Of a DNA stretch of 64,000 nt, positions 24,943-39,569 are shown piece by piece (the first letter of the stretch is position 1; each line of letters begins with the position of its first letter). Location: the NCBI GenBank assembly GCA_040437565.1, contig JBDOQK010000001.1:248001-312000 (forward strand). Direction: 5' to 3'. This stretch comes from Albugo candida (Eukaryota). The position numbers and the translations under genes were made by a program. The notes below the pieces were generated by a model that saw only the letters and a list, made by a program, of their open reading frames with translations, did not search any database and was not told the origin of the DNA.

Positions 24943-27900
24943 ATGCGATGTGTATTGCATCCAAAGCGCGTGCACAGCGCGATAACTCACTGTATCGATC
25001 GTACACACTGTCACGTTATCTATAAGCCGAATTCCTCTCTTTCTATCAGACTCAAAGACGCGTATCGATACGCTTCAAACACGAAAGAACTCAAACCAAT
25101 TATTGATAATGCACTCGATACCTCGCGCGTTCCTCAAACGTGGAAAATTATCAAACCAAATCGACAAAATGTCTCCAAAAAGCTATGGATTCTCAACAGC
25201 CAATTGGCAGCTCATCACAAAAACGGTCGAGTCAACGAAGCAATCGCGCGATTAGAAACGATGATCACAAAACACAAGTCGTACGACATGTCGAGTTTTC
25301 AAATTGTTCTATCACTGTGTAGTCAGCAACGGGATTACATCTCGGCTCTTACGGTCCACCAAAGGATGCATGAGCTCCATATACTACCGTCCTCGGCGCA
25401 GATATACTCGTACTTGATTAACAGCTGCATACAGCCCAATAGTAAGCAAAAAAGCATTGAAATAAACCCGCAATCCGATAAATTTGTGATGCAGGCGGAA
25501 AACTATTGGCAAGAAATGCTCGATCAAAATATCACTCCGACGCCTTTCGTCCTCAGATACTTACTTAAAGTATACAAGAGATACCCCGGTTATGCTACAA
25601 AGGCCTTGGAATTATTTCAGAGCTATTTTCTCGGGAAAGATGCTACTTTTCAAGCCAACTCGATAAACACTGCAATCATCATTGCGATTCTCTGTCGTGA
25701 ACCTCACGGTCGATATGGAACGGAAGCATTTAAAATTCTTCAAAATTATGCTCAGTATGCGTCAGAGAATCAAAAAGTGGGTAGAAAATATGATTCACTG
25801 GAGATTCAGACATACAATTACGTTTTAGACGCACTTCAGCGAGAATCGCAATGGTATCTCTTCCAAAATGTACTACAAATAAAAGCACAATTCGGTGCTC
25901 AAAATGATAAACGAACGGCGCAGCTATTGGAAAAGTATTATCAAAAAGACCCAACGTCTCTGCACGTTCCGCTTCGAAATTCGGAGAGTGTAAATTATCA
26001 GAAAAAACTGAAGGATTGGACCGCCGAATTGGAAAATATTGCTCAAGCCGATATAAAAGCACCATCCACGGTCAATGTACCCACACAAAGAGATTGGCAT
26101 TTTCTCTGCTCTCGTCAGCCAGCCATTCTTGTTCCAAAACTCGCTCATTATTTTATTCTTTTTCAAGCATATTGCCAGCGTCCTGATTGTCACTTGGCTC
26201 TGGGCGCTATGAAATGGAATACACAGAGTATGAATTCTCTTTTGTACGCTCATGCACGCCATGGAATGCTCGAAAAATCATTTCAACTCTTGGAGAAAAT
26301 GTGTCAATTGCAACAAGCAAATGAACAAAGCTTTGAGACTGTGCTTGCACTCTGCAGCCGTCGACAGGATTTGAAAACCGCTCGCAAAGTTTTCTCGCTT
26401 TTGGATGCGTCTTGTCCACCTATCGAGCCAACAATTCGCTGCTTTAACGCTCTTTTGCATTGTCATACAGCGTCACCAAAAAGTGTTGGAAATCGACTCG
26501 AAAATGCGTTAGAGATATTTTACCGCGTCGGCAATCGAGCCAATGTNNNNNNNNNNNNNNNNNNNNNNNNNNNNNNNNNNNNNNNNNNNNNNNNNNNNNN
26601 NNNNNNNNNNNNNNNNNNNNNNNNNNNNNNNNNNNNNNNNNNNNNNTGCACAGCGCGATAACTCACTGTATCGATCGTACACACTGTCACGTTATCTATA
26701 AGCCGAATTCCTCTCTTTCTATCAGACTCAAAGACGCGTATCGATACGCTTCAAACACGAAAGAACTCAAACCAATTATTGATAATGCACTCGATACCTC
26801 GCGCGTTCCTCAAACGTGGAAAATTATCAAACCAAATCGACAAAATGTCTCCAAAAAGCTATGGATTCTCAACAGCCAATTGGCAGCTCATCACAAAAAC
26901 GGTCGAGTCAACGAAGCAATCGCGCGATTAGAAACGATGATCACAAAACACAAGTCGTACGACATGTCGAGTTTTCAAATTGTTCTATCACTGTGTAGTC
27001 AGCAACGGGATTACATCTCGGCTCTTACGGTCCACCAAAGGATGCATGAGCTCCATATACTACCGTCCTCGGCGCAGATATACTCGTACTTGATTAACAG
27101 CTGCATACAGCCCAATAGTAAGCAAAAAAGCATTGAAATAAACCCGCAATCCGATAAATTTGTGATGCAGGCGGAAAACTATTGGCAAGAAATGCTCGAT
27201 CAAAATATCACTCCGACGCCTTTCGTCCTCAGATACTTACTTAAAGTATACAAGAGATACCCCGGTTATGCTACAAAGGCCTTGGAATTATTTCAGAGCT
27301 ATTTTCTCGGGAAAGATGCTACTTTTCAAGCCAACTCGATAAACACTGCAATCATCATTGCGATTCTCTGTCGTGAACCTCACGGTCGATATGGAACGGA
27401 AGCATTTAAAATTCTTCAAAATTATGCTCAGTATGCGTCAGAGAATCAAAAAGTGGGTAGAAAATATGATTCACTGGAGATTCAGACATACAATTACGTT
27501 TTAGACGCACTTCAGCGAGAATCGCAATGGTATCTCTTCCAAAATGTACTACAAATAAAAGCACAATTCGGTGCTCAAAATGATAAACGAACGGCGCAGC
27601 TATTGGAAAAGTATTATCAAAAAGACCCAACGTCTCTGCACGTTCCGCTTCGAAATTCGGAGAGTGTAAATTATCAGAAAAAACTGAAGGATTGGACCGC
27701 CGAATTGGAAAATATTGCTCAAGCCGATATAAAAGCACCATCCACGGTCAATGTACCCACACAAAGAGATTGGCATTTTCTCTGCTCTCGTCAGCCAGCC
27801 ATTCTTGTTCCAAAACTCGCTCATTATTTTATTCTTTTTCAAGCATATTGCCAGCGTCCTGATTGTCACTTGGCTCTGGGCGCTATGAAATGGAATACAC

Positions 27901-29810
27901 AGAGTATGAATTCTCTTTTGTACGCTCATGCACGCCATGGAATGCTCGAAAAATCATTTCAACTCTTGGAGAAAATGTGTCAATTGCAACAAGCAAATGA
28001 ACAAAGCTTTGAGACTGTGCTTGCACTCTGCAGCCGTCGACAGGATTTGAAAACCGCTCGCAAAGTTTTCTCGCTTTTGGATGCGTCTTGTCCACCTATC
28101 GAGCCAACAATTCGCTGCTTTAACGCTCTTTTGCATTGTCATACAGCGTCACCAAAAAGTGTTGGAAATCGACTCGAAAATGCGTTAGAGATATTTTACC
28201 GCGTCGGCAATCGAGCCAATGTCGTGACGCTCAACACAATGCTCAAAGTCTTCCAAACAAACACTCCGATTGCGTACAATGAAAGTTCCTTTGTTACACG
28301 CGGTATCCAAGCCCTCGAATTCTACCGTCTTTTTTCCAGGATCTCTCCTTCGGTGACTCTCGAAGCTCGGACACATTTTGCACTTTTTCGCTGTTTTGTA
28401 CCTCCTACAGAGCGGATCGACACGTCCGAAGTGGATCCTGCCAGCTTGGCCATACTCAAGGAATACATGCTCAAGACGCTGTCGGAGCTTCCCATTTGTG
28501 ACTTGACATCTGGTACTTTCCACACCGCTCTTGATTTCTCGCAGCGCGTTGGCGATGTGGATTTCGCATTCAGCATATTCGACATTTTCCAGGCTCGTCG
28601 TGAAGGAGCCCTACAGCCAAATGAGACCACTCTGACGTTGTTATTGTCAGTGTGTCGAAAAGCCCAGCAACCCGATTTAGGCCTTAATCTTCTCCATCAT
28701 TTACTCGATGGAACAATCACACACGATGGAGCTCTGACAATCGCGGTGTGGAATACGGCGATTCACATGTGTGGGGAACTTGTTCGAACAGATGATGCGA
28801 TCGCCTTATGGGAAGCTGTGCTCAATTTTGGCGTGTTACGGCCGAACGCGCACACTTTTGAGCATACTATCCAGGCCTGTGCGCAAGTAAAGTGGACGAC
28901 CAAGGCGATTGAAATCGCGCACAAGATGAACGAGCGGATGGGCTACACGAGTGCGACGGCCTGGCGACATGTACTGCTGAGTTGTGTGCGATCCGGTGAT
29001 TTGAAAACAGCGCTTTTTGTGTTCGAAAAGACAAAGAAAGATCGAAAATCATATCATTTAGTGTTTCAAGCCGCCATCGAAGCATTACGTTTGGGCAATC
29101 ACGACGTATTCTGGATCAAAAGCACTGTTGAGGCGCTGTATGAGGAGATGGAATCAAAGGTGACGCCCGCGACACTGATTCTAATGTGTCGGGTTTACCA
29201 AGTAGCCAAATACCCTCAATCAGTCATTCAGGTGGTCAAGCGATTCCAATCCGGTGGTCGTTCCATTGACGAGTGGACAAGTATCGCGTATCTGCGCGCA
29301 TGTGCGGCCTCGGACAACCTGGAAGGAGTAGAACAAATGCTCTCAATTCCGGATCAGTCGCATTCTTGTGCGGTACTGCTTGAGATATTCGACACGCTGC
29401 GCCATTTACACGCTTGGGATGTCGCCATGAACTTGTTCCGGAAACTGTCGACTGAAAAACGCTGTGTGTTCCCGGATATTGATAGTGAGACATCTTTGCG
29501 TTTACTGGAAAAGGTGCTGACAATGTGCAACGAATATGAACAGTTTGCGATTGTGACGGCGATGTTTCAGGCAATTCGGCACAGTTTGAAGCATTATGGT
29601 GCGATTCTCACACAAGAACGGTATTTTGTCGATAGACTCAGTGCAGAAGCGTACATTGAAGCCATTCTCGCTGCTGAAGCTGCTGAGAATTGGGTCGATG
29701 CAACAACGCTATTTTTGGAAATGCAGCAATGCTACCCGGAGATTCTTACCTCCAAACTGTGTGAGAAGATAGCACTTGGACGATATCAAAGTCGAAATGA
29801 CTCAATTTGA
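24943..29810 (+). CDS. Pentatricopeptide-repeat protein, probably mitochondrial (about 1063 aa after removing the artefactual duplication)
   Basis: PPR-like motifs (SMNSLLYAHARHGMLEKSFQLLEKM, PTIRCFNALLHCH, ANVVTLNTMLKV, VWNTAIHMCG, PNAHTFEHTIQACA). True CDS = 24943-26546 + 28223-29810. Confidence 0.88.
24971..28222. repeat. Identical duplication across gap (24971-26546 = 26647-28222)
   Basis: Offset 1676; gap 26547-26646. Confidence 0.9.
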
Positions 29811-30611
29811 TTGTTTTGGAATCCGATCGTAAGAATTGGCTGATTATAGCATATATTATACTATAGCTTCTTGGTATCGACGATCGACGCTCTTTTTTAT
29901 ATAAGAAGAGCGTTGATGCCGATAATAGCAGTACGGTACAAGTCGGATACAACTATACGGACGACTGAGGCGGTACTCGTCATTTGTATCAGTGCCAGAG
30001 GGTGATTTCGCATCGATCGATTACATATCCAGTGGACAATGCGTATACACATGTTCGCGTCAAATTTACGGAAGCTTTTCACCTCTTTTCGTAATCCTAC
30101 AACCCGATGAATGAGTGCAGCTGACTCGTTCTGCCTCAGAAGCGATGGCTCTGAGATTATAACGATGCTATGCCGCTTGCGACAGTCTGCATCGTTTCGC
30201 TCTTCACTGTGTTTCCGCTCAGACCCCATCATTCAGAATATTATATAGAGATTGACTTGTATACAATTCCACTCGATTGCTCTTGTCTGCTTTTGGTTTG
30301 CGGTCATGCAAATCGCGAATTATGCATTTTTGCATAAATTCCAAGAGCTGTTGACGATCGATAAGATTGCCGAAATTTCTAATGAAAGCATCAACTATTG
30401 GATTATTACCCTCGNNNNNNNNNNNNNNNNNNNNNNNNNNNNNNNNNNNNNNNNNNNNNNNNNNNNNNNNNNNNNNNNNNNNNNNNNNNNNNNNNNNNNN
30501 NNNNNNNNNNNNNNTTACCCTCGTAGCCGCTTGCGTTTTCGCGCTTCGATTTTGAAAATTCAAAGCGGCTTCCACTCAAACGAGCCTAAAAAGCTTCTGT
30601 CGTATCAAGCA

Positions 30612-33600
30612 ATGCCATCAGACGATACGGAAATGCAACAAGAGACCAATGTGCAAGTCGCTGTACGCTGTCGCCCTCTGAATGAACGGGAGAAACAGCA
30701 TAAGCGTACAGCAATTGTTCAATGCAAAACAAACACAAACGAGGTCGCAGTTTTGAAGCGAAAAACGTACTCATTCGACCATGTTTTCGGTCAGTATTCG
30801 ACACAGAAAGATATTTTCAAAACAAGCGTGAAAGGTGCTGTGGATGAAGCTCTGGCCGGCTACAACTGCACTGTTTTCGCGTACGGACAAACAGGCACGG
30901 GCAAGACGTACACAATGCTGGGAGCACTGGAGCCTGATCACGAACATGCAGGAATCATTCCCCGATGCATCCGATATATTTTCGATACATTACAATCGTC
31001 TCAGCAAGAATACAGTGTCAAAATCTCCTTCTTGCAGCTGTACAATGAAGAATGCAAAGACTTATTGGCCGCTGATGGAGGCAAAAAATTACGTTTAATG
31101 GATGATGTGCGTCGAGGTGGAATTTACTGTCAGAACTTACTCGAAGTTACAACCACGACGGCCTCACATGTTTTTCAATTACTTGAAGCCGGTGTGAAGA
31201 ATCGAATTACCTCAGAAACGTTGATGAATGAAAATTCCAGTCGATCACACAGCATTTTTACTGTTCGCATTCACAGTAAGGAGCATAATCCTGCAGGAGA
31301 AGATCTTCTCAAGGTAGGTGAAACCATGCAGTTTGATCCTTTCATCGCATCTAAGTGTCAATTGCTTAGATTGGTCAACTCAATCTCGTGGATTTGGCCG
31401 GATCAGAGTGCGTTGGTCGTTCAGGAGCTCGTAATGCGCGTGCCCGAGAAGCTGGAAACATCAATCAGAGTCTCCTGACGCTTGGCAGAGTAATTACCGC
31501 TTTGGTAGATAATCATCCTCACATTCCGTATCGAGATAGTAAGCTGACGCGATTACTGCAAGAATCACTTGGTGGTCGAGCTAAAACAACCATTATCGCG
31601 ACTCTGTCTCCGGGTGTCGAAAGTATGGATGAGACACTCAGTACGCTCGAATACGCTCATCGTGCTCGAAGTATCCGTAACAAACCCGAAGTGAATCAAA
31701 AAATGACCAAACACGCACTTTTGAAGGAGTATGGCAGTGAGATTGAATCGCTACGTAATGCTCTTGAGGCTGCACGTCAAAAGGACGGCATATATCTTCC
31801 TCCGGCCCAATATGACGAAATGCAGCAACGGCTGGCTGGTCAGGCCGCTCAAGTATTGGAGCTTGAGGATCAATTGGATGTGCGTAGTAAAACCTGTAAG
31901 GAATTGGAAGACCTGATTGACGATCAACGACAACAACTGGAGCAAGCCAAGAATACCCAACGCGAACTGGAAGGTGATATTGAGAAAAAAATGGGGCAGA
32001 TCTCGGAGCTTGAATTGCTGCGCGATGCATTACGGAAAAATCTCCGGATGTCCAATGAACGTGTCCATGCGTACGAACACCATGAAGCAATTTTGCTTGC
32101 GAATGGAAAGAAAGCTACGGAGCTGTTTGATGAGCGAAATAAGGCGATGGATCAACTTCTGCATGCGAATAAACGTAAAGAACGTGTTGAGAAATTGAAT
32201 TCGGAGTTGGTGGACGGATACACCGACAAAACTCTCTGTGAACTTTCCAACTTTGACACAAGCTTGATGGAACAAGAGCACACACATGCACGAATGGTCG
32301 AGGAATTTGGATCGTTGATGAAGAGAATGGAACTTGCACATGCTGATAAGCTGGTCGAGTTGAGAAAACAAGTCGAAGAACTCGAGTTTGGCTTGGATGA
32401 AGCTAACAAATTGGCTCAATCACAACATCAGAGCGCCCGGGCACTAGCGAGTGAGAATCAGGAGCGTAATGAGAGGCTGAGTAGGGAGAAGCTTGATAGT
32501 ACGATGCTGGCTCTTCATGTGATCGTAGAATCTGTAAAATCGCATTCGCAAACGTCGATGGAAGCATTGGCTGCAGCACAAAAACGACTGATGCATTGGA
32601 CCGAAAAATCCAGCGGGAGATTACGTACTGGCCAACAAAAGCTACAAACGTTTGTGCATGACGAAAAAGAGAGCTTGAATATGCTGATACGCGATCTTAA
32701 GTCGTTGACGGAACAAGAGCGTGGCAAGATCGCTGACCGTAGTAATGGCCTATCCGACCTGATCCAGCAGCATCGAGATGAAACGCGTGGTCAAGTTGAA
32801 GCTATCAAGGAGCAAATGTTACGACTGGTAAATGATTTGATGGCAACCCAGCAGGGACATAGCGAACGACAAGTCGAATTGATCCGAACACATTCGACAG
32901 AGCATTCGAAAGCTCTTCTCCAGGTTGAAAGTGAAGCATCCAAGGGTGTCGGGAACGCGATACAACAAATGGAAGTGTTTACTGATCAGAGTAAACAATC
33001 TGAAGAAGAGATGGAGGCTGAAGTACAGAAAGCATCCTCTCTGTTGCATGAATCCATTTCGAATGAGACTCAATCAATGGCTGAAAACTCCAAAAAGCAG
33101 CGTGAGAAGCTTGATGAAATCAAGGCACATGAGAGAGCTTCCGTCCAGGAACGAGAAGCTACAGACACTGCTCAACTCAAAAAGTGGCATGAGAGCTTCA
33201 ACGCGTGTGAATCGGAGCACAACGCTCTGACTGCTACGGAGAAGAAAAAGTGTGAGGATCTGAATGTAAATCTGACCGTGTTGGAGAAAGAATTTGTCCA
33301 AAGTGTCGCAAGCACCGCCAAAGTTCACGCGAATTCCCGCAGTTTGACTTGTTCGATTCTTTCCCACGGACGCCAAACTGCTCAAAACCAGTGTGCCGAA
33401 GTCAAATCATTCGTCCAAAGTCGAACGGTGTGTGAGAGTGCAATTTCCAGCCATTTAGCCATTTCAGTGACTTATACTTCTCAATGATATTTGTATAGGT
33501 GGATGAGCCGAATGGGACGACGCCGACCAAGCGTATACCAGTAGACTTTCCAGCATTTGAACAGCTTGTAGTGACAGGACTTGACAACTCAGCAAGCGAA

Positions 33601-33951
33601 TCGCTTGCAGCTGGGATCCCAAATGAGACTCGTTTGAACGATTCCAATCTCTCTCAGGAGGCTCCAATGACAAACAAAGAGAACATTGATTCCGCAAATA
33701 CGCCAAGGGAAATTGATACTGAGTCAACTTCATCGGTTGTCTCGCAGGAGAAAGCTGAAAGAGAGCCTCACAAAACCACAAAACGGAAATCGAGCGACAC
33801 CGAGACCGGGAAAGAAACAAGTCTGCTTGTTGCGCCACAAAAGTATAACAAAGCAACCAGATCTAGCAAAGCACGGAGCCTCCTTGCACATCGGAAGCGA
33901 GCTCGCCTGGCTGTGACAGAGTCATCTTCCGGACGTTCCAAGGCTCAATAG
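30612..33951 (+). CDS. KIF11: Kinesin-5 (BimC/Eg5) mitotic motor
   Basis: [53 protein letters not shown], long coiled coil and BimC box PNGTTPTKR; two short introns. Confidence 0.95.
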
Positions 33952-36900
33952 CGCCCCAAAAGCACATTGCTGCGTCTGAATTTGTAATAAAAGCCATTTT
34001 TGACAGTACAATACGCGACATGTACCGCCTTGGATAACTTACGCATCGGAAAGATTCATCATCGGCATTTTCCATAGTCAGTCCTTAACATCCGATATAC
34101 ACTCTATTTTGTTTCATTTCGGGTTCTTTATGTAATTCTATGATTGTATTGAGCAAAAGTTTGAATTTGGCGTCGTATGCGATCTACAGAAAGAGGTGAG
34201 CCATTCATGTATTTTGGCCTTTACGAAGCCAATCTCACCTTCGAGGTCTTCTTTCGTCGAATGCATATTTTCGAATTCCATGTTGAATGGGATTTTGGCG
34301 GTAGTCTATTTTCCCCAAGTGAGATTCAATGTACGATTCACAAAGGTTGGATGATAAGGCACTGACCTCAGCCTGAACTCGTCGGACAGACTGTAGAAAT
34401 GGATGGTTCAAAGCATCTGCGACACGTATCCTTGCATCGGGATTAAATAATAACATCTTTTGAAGTAAGTCCAAAGCTTCGGTAGGAGCCCCTGGATACA
34501 TTTCTTTGAGATCTCGCGGAGCTTTTTTTGGCAGCTGTTGTAAATACTCTCTCACTTCTGATGCATTTTCTATGTCAGTATCGTTGGGAGTACCGATCAC
34601 ACTGAAGATGACATTCAGTTGGTCCAACTTGTCCGAGTATGTTGTCGGGCGATCCGCACTGAGAGGGAAGCATGATCGACCCGGGAATAAAGGAGCTCGG
34701 TCTTGATAACGAGGGCAGCTCTCAGCTTGCATACTCAATAATTCTGCGAATATACACCCAACGCTCCATACATCGACTGCAAAGCTGTAATCTTGCAATA
34801 AAATAAGCTCAGGAGCCCTATACCATCGAGTCACGACGTGTTTGGTGAGTTGCCGGCGAACTGTTGGAGTATGCTGATGAGAGTATGCCGATGTTTCTGA
34901 TAACGGAATCGAAGATCGATTTGGAAGAAAATCACTCAGAGGGTAAAGATGTTTGCTCCGTTCTTCGCGAGTGCCTGTGACATCGACTACTCGGGCCAAT
35001 CCAAAATCACAAATCTGTAGTTCATACAACCACATCATTATCGCAAGGCACACTCAAGGATCGCAACTTTCGGTACCATTAACGTGCAATCTTCATTCAA
35101 AAGGATGTTGGCCGGTTTCAAGTCTCTATGAATTACGTTTGCTGAGTGTATATAGTTCAAGCCACAAAGTAGCTGGTAGAGGAAGACTTGTATATGCTTT
35201 ATTGTGAGGTACTGCGGACTCATAATAAGCTTTTGCAAATCGGTATCAAGAAACTCGAACACCAGATACAGATGATTGCCAAACATTTTGGAAACTGGAG
35301 GAAACACATCCAGCAGTCTGATCACCTGACCATGGCTGCACCAGTCAAATAGAAACTATGATTAAAACGAATCGGAGGGAAAAACGTAAAAGGCTCAGAT
35401 AACGTACTGTAAATGTTGAACGATATGGATCTCTCGATATATCCGCTTACAATCAAGACTCTGTCGAAAAACATCGATGACCTTCTTGATCGCAACTTTT
35501 TTGCCGCGGATGTTGTCGTACGCCTCGACCACTTGACCGTACGAGCCTTTACCCAATAAACGCACCAGACGGTATGAAGACGGTAGACTCCAATTACGAA
35601 ACTGCTCTGACAATAATGGAGAGATCCCAGGTGCCGATGGTGGTGCATTTTCTCTGAATTGAGTCCCATTTTTTGCAGGTGAGCTTACACGCTCATTATG
35701 TCCATCTAAAAAAGTCTCGTCCACCGCAGTCCGCTGACTTGCAACTGGCGTAGTCATACCAGAAACTTCCGGTACATCTGTTGACTCCACATCCATCAGT
35801 GTACTATTCAAGTCCGAAATCGTTTCTGAACTTATCGGAGTCGGAGGCATTTCATTTTGTGAGACATNNNNNNNNNNNNNNNNNNNNNNNNNNNNNNNNN
35901 NNNNNNNNNNNNNNNNNNNNNNNNNNNNNNNNNNNNNNNNNNNNNNNNNNNNNNNNNNNNNNNNNNNGAAATCAAGGCACATGAGAGAGCTTCCGTCCAG
36001 GAACGAGAAGCTACAGACACTGCTCAACTCAAAAAGTGGCATGAGAGCTTCAACGCGTGTGAATCGGAGCACAACGCTCTGACTGCTACGGAGAAGAAAA
36101 AGTGTGAGGATCTGAATGTAAATCTGACCGTGTTGGAGAAAGAATTTGTCCAAAGTGTCGCAAGCACCGCCAAAGTTCACGCGAATTCCCGCAGTTTGAC
36201 TTGTTCGATTCTTTCCCACGGACGCCAAACTGCTCAAAACCAGTGTGCCGAAGTCAAATCATTCGTCCAAAGTCGAACGGTGTGTGAGAGTGCAATTTCC
36301 AGCCATTTAGCCATTTCAGTGACTTATACTTCTCAATGATATTTGTATAGGTGGATGAGCCGAATGGGACGACGCCGACCAAGCGTATACCAGTAGACTT
36401 TCCAGCATTTGAACAGCTTGTAGTGACAGGACTTGACAACTCAGCAAGCGAATCGCTTGCAGCTGGGATCCCAAATGAGACTCGTTTGAACGATTCCAAT
36501 CTCTCTCAGGAGGCTCCAATGACAAACAAAGAGAACATTGATTCCGCAAATACGCCAAGGGAAATTGATACTGAGTCAACTTCATCGGTTGTCTCGCAGG
36601 AGAAAGCTGAAAGAGAGCCTCACAAAACCACAAAACGGAAATCGAGCGACACCGAGACCGGGAAAGAAACAAGTCTGCTTGTTGCGCCACAAAAGTATAA
36701 CAAAGCAACCAGATCTAGCAAAGCACGGAGCCTCCTTGCACATCGGAAGCGAGCTCGCCTGGCTGTGACAGAGTCATCTTCCGGACGTTCCAAGGCTCAA
36801 TAGCGCCCCAAAAGCACATTGCTGCGTCTGAATTTGTAATAAAAGCCATTTTTGACAGTACAATACGCGACATGTACCGCCTTGGATAACTTACGCATCG

Positions 36901-38719
36901 GAAAGATTCATCATCGGCATTTTCCATAGTCAGTCCTTAACATCCGATATACACTCTATTTTGTTTCATTTCGGGTTCTTTATGTAATTCTATGATTGTA
37001 TTGAGCAAAAGTTTGAATTTGGCGTCGTATGCGATCTACAGAAAGAGGTGAGCCATTCATGTATTTTGGCCTTTACGAAGCCAATCTCACCTTCGAGGTC
37101 TTCTTTCGTCGAATGCATATTTTCGAATTCCATGTTGAATGGGATTTTGGCGGTAGTCTATTTTCCCCAAGTGAGATTCAATGTACGATTCACAAAGGTT
37201 GGATGATAAGGCACTGACCTCAGCCTGAACTCGTCGGACAGACTGTAGAAATGGATGGTTCAAAGCATCTGCGACACGTATCCTTGCATCGGGATTAAAT
37301 AATAACATCTTTTGAAGTAAGTCCAAAGCTTCGGTAGGAGCCCCTGGATACATTTCTTTGAGATCTCGCGGAGCTTTTTTTGGCAGCTGTTGTAAATACT
37401 CTCTCACTTCTGATGCATTTTCTATGTCAGTATCGTTGGGAGTACCGATCACACTGAAGATGACATTCAGTTGGTCCAACTTGTCCGAGTATGTTGTCGG
37501 GCGATCCGCACTGAGAGGGAAGCATGATCGACCCGGGAATAAAGGAGCTCGGTCTTGATAACGAGGGCAGCTCTCAGCTTGCATACTCAATAATTCTGCG
37601 AATATACACCCAACGCTCCATACATCGACTGCAAAGCTGTAATCTTGCAATAAAATAAGCTCAGGAGCCCTATACCATCGAGTCACGACGTGTTTGGTGA
37701 GTTGCCGGCGAACTGTTGGAGTATGCTGATGAGAGTATGCCGATGTTTCTGATAACGGAATCGAAGATCGATTTGGAAGAAAATCACTCAGAGGGTAAAG
37801 ATGTTTGCTCCGTTCTTCGCGAGTGCCTGTGACATCGACTACTCGGGCCAATCCAAAATCACAAATCTGTAGTTCATACAACCACATCATTATCGCAAGG
37901 CACACTCAAGGATCGCAACTTTCGGTACCATTAACGTGCAATCTTCATTCAAAAGGATGTTGGCCGGTTTCAAGTCTCTATGAATTACGTTTGCTGAGTG
38001 TATATAGTTCAAGCCACAAAGTAGCTGGTAGAGGAAGACTTGTATATGCTTTATTGTGAGGTACTGCGGACTCATAATAAGCTTTTGCAAATCGGTATCA
38101 AGAAACTCGAACACCAGATACAGATGATTGCCAAACATTTTGGAAACTGGAGGAAACACATCCAGCAGTCTGATCACCTGACCATGGCTGCACCAGTCAA
38201 ATAGAAACTATGATTAAAACGAATCGGAGGGAAAAACGTAAAAGGCTCAGATAACGTACTGTAAATGTTGAACGATATGGATCTCTCGATATATCCGCTT
38301 ACAATCAAGACTCTGTCGAAAAACATCGATGACCTTCTTGATCGCAACTTTTTTGCCGCGGATGTTGTCGTACGCCTCGACCACTTGACCGTACGAGCCT
38401 TTACCCAATAAACGCACCAGACGGTATGAAGACGGTAGACTCCAATTACGAAACTGCTCTGACAATAATGGAGAGATCCCAGGTGCCGATGGTGGTGCAT
38501 TTTCTCTGAATTGAGTCCCATTTTTTGCAGGTGAGCTTACACGCTCATTATGTCCATCTAAAAAAGTCTCGTCCACCGCAGTCCGCTGACTTGCAACTGG
38601 CGTAGTCATACCAGAAACTTCCGGTACATCTGTTGACTCCACATCCATCAGTGTACTATTCAAGTCCGAAATCGTTTCTGAACTTATCGGAGTCGGAGGC
38701 ATTTCATTTTGTGAGACAT
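33116..38719. repeat. Identical duplication across gap (33116-35867 = 35968-38719); creates a false second kinesin tail and a false 5'-truncated MAPK copy (34128-35867)
   Basis: Offset 2852; gap 35868-35967. Confidence 0.9.
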
Positions 38720-38930
38720 GTGGAGTAGGCGCAATGTAGGCTCTTGAAGCTCTTGAAATAGGATCAGTCGTAGCGAGACGTTGATGTTTTTCAAAGGCGT
38801 ATGCCTCGAAGCAATCTTGCGCGCGTAATTTTGAGGACGCTACAGATGACGTGCTCATAAACTTACGCTTACGATTCGGTGCATCATTTATGTCTGTTTC
38901 GCTGTGGTTCTGAACGCTTTGGGTTGTCAT
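36980..38930 (-). CDS. Atypical MAP kinase with T-K-H activation motif (Plasmodium MAP-2-like)
   Basis: LGKGSYGQV, VAIKK, HRDLKPANILL, CDFGLAR, LTKHVVTRWYRAPE and LFPGRSCFPLS; several short introns; stop at 36980. Confidence 0.92.
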
Positions 38931-39188
38931 TTGAAAAGCGGCAACGCGCTTTAGTACCTTTAGTTTGCTTACCTTTTCGTAATGATAAAAGAAAAGTAAA
39001 GTTGCAGTTGCGAAAAACCTCAGCAGATTTGGATAAAAACCCCTCGATCGCGTGGAAGAGTGATTGCGAGAGAGAAGCGCTACTTGCTCTAATCTGCATG
39101 TTCATCTTTTGCACCAATTATAGTTTCACAAACACCCTACTCCTTTTGTTCTTTACCCCGATAAAGAACACTGATTGGAAGATATATG

Positions 39189-39569
39189 CTACATCTCGAA
39201 TTCTTGCTCCAGCAGACCGCTTACATCACTCTCGCTCTCATTTGTTTCTAATCGCACTTGTAGCTGCGACTCGCGCAACTTTGCGAGATTTTGACTCTGC
39301 ATAATGTCCTTTTCCTGGGCAATCTGCATACGGATTTTTTGCTCATCTCGTATACGAATCAATCGCGTTGAATGAGTTTGTTGACCGGCCTTTACTGAAG
39401 ATTGCAGACGCTTTTTCGCATAAAGTAATTGCCGCTGCTCTTCTGTCAATACCGCCAAGAGTTGAGATATTCGATCGGAAGTACTGCTCAAAAGTTCGAG
39501 CTCATATTTAAGACATTTTAATTGCTGATCAAGCCCTTCCTGACTCTTTTCTTGTGCATCAAGCGGCAT
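39189..39569 (-). CDS. Hypothetical coiled-coil protein (126 aa; 5' end next to a gap)
   Basis: ATG-initiated ORF rich in L/Q/E/K heptads, lying between two real genes. Confidence 0.55.
   Translation of the reverse strand: MPLDAQEKSQEGLDQQLKCLKYELELLSSTSDRISQLLAVLTEEQRQLLYAKKRLQSSVKAGQQTHSTRLIRIRDEQKIRMQIAQEKDIMQSQNLAKLRESQLQVRLETNESESDVSGLLEQEFEM

Noticed and set aside
26460-29810. 1116-aa PPR ORF as a separate paralog
   Set aside because: It is the same gene as the one starting at 24943, read across the gap and the duplicated segment.
29897-30575. Minus-strand ORFs between PPR and kinesin
   Set aside because: No domain, no consistent splice model, and they span a gap.
34128-36803. Tandem duplication of MAPK and kinesin tail
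   Set aside because: Identical sequence flanking gap 35868-35967. The 35395-36237 ORF is a chimera read through Ns.
9471-38930. Functional cluster of cell-cycle genes (cyclin H, CK2, CDC45, kinesin-5, MAPK)
   Set aside because: They are interspersed with unrelated genes and no shared motif is visible; chance is sufficient in a compact genome.
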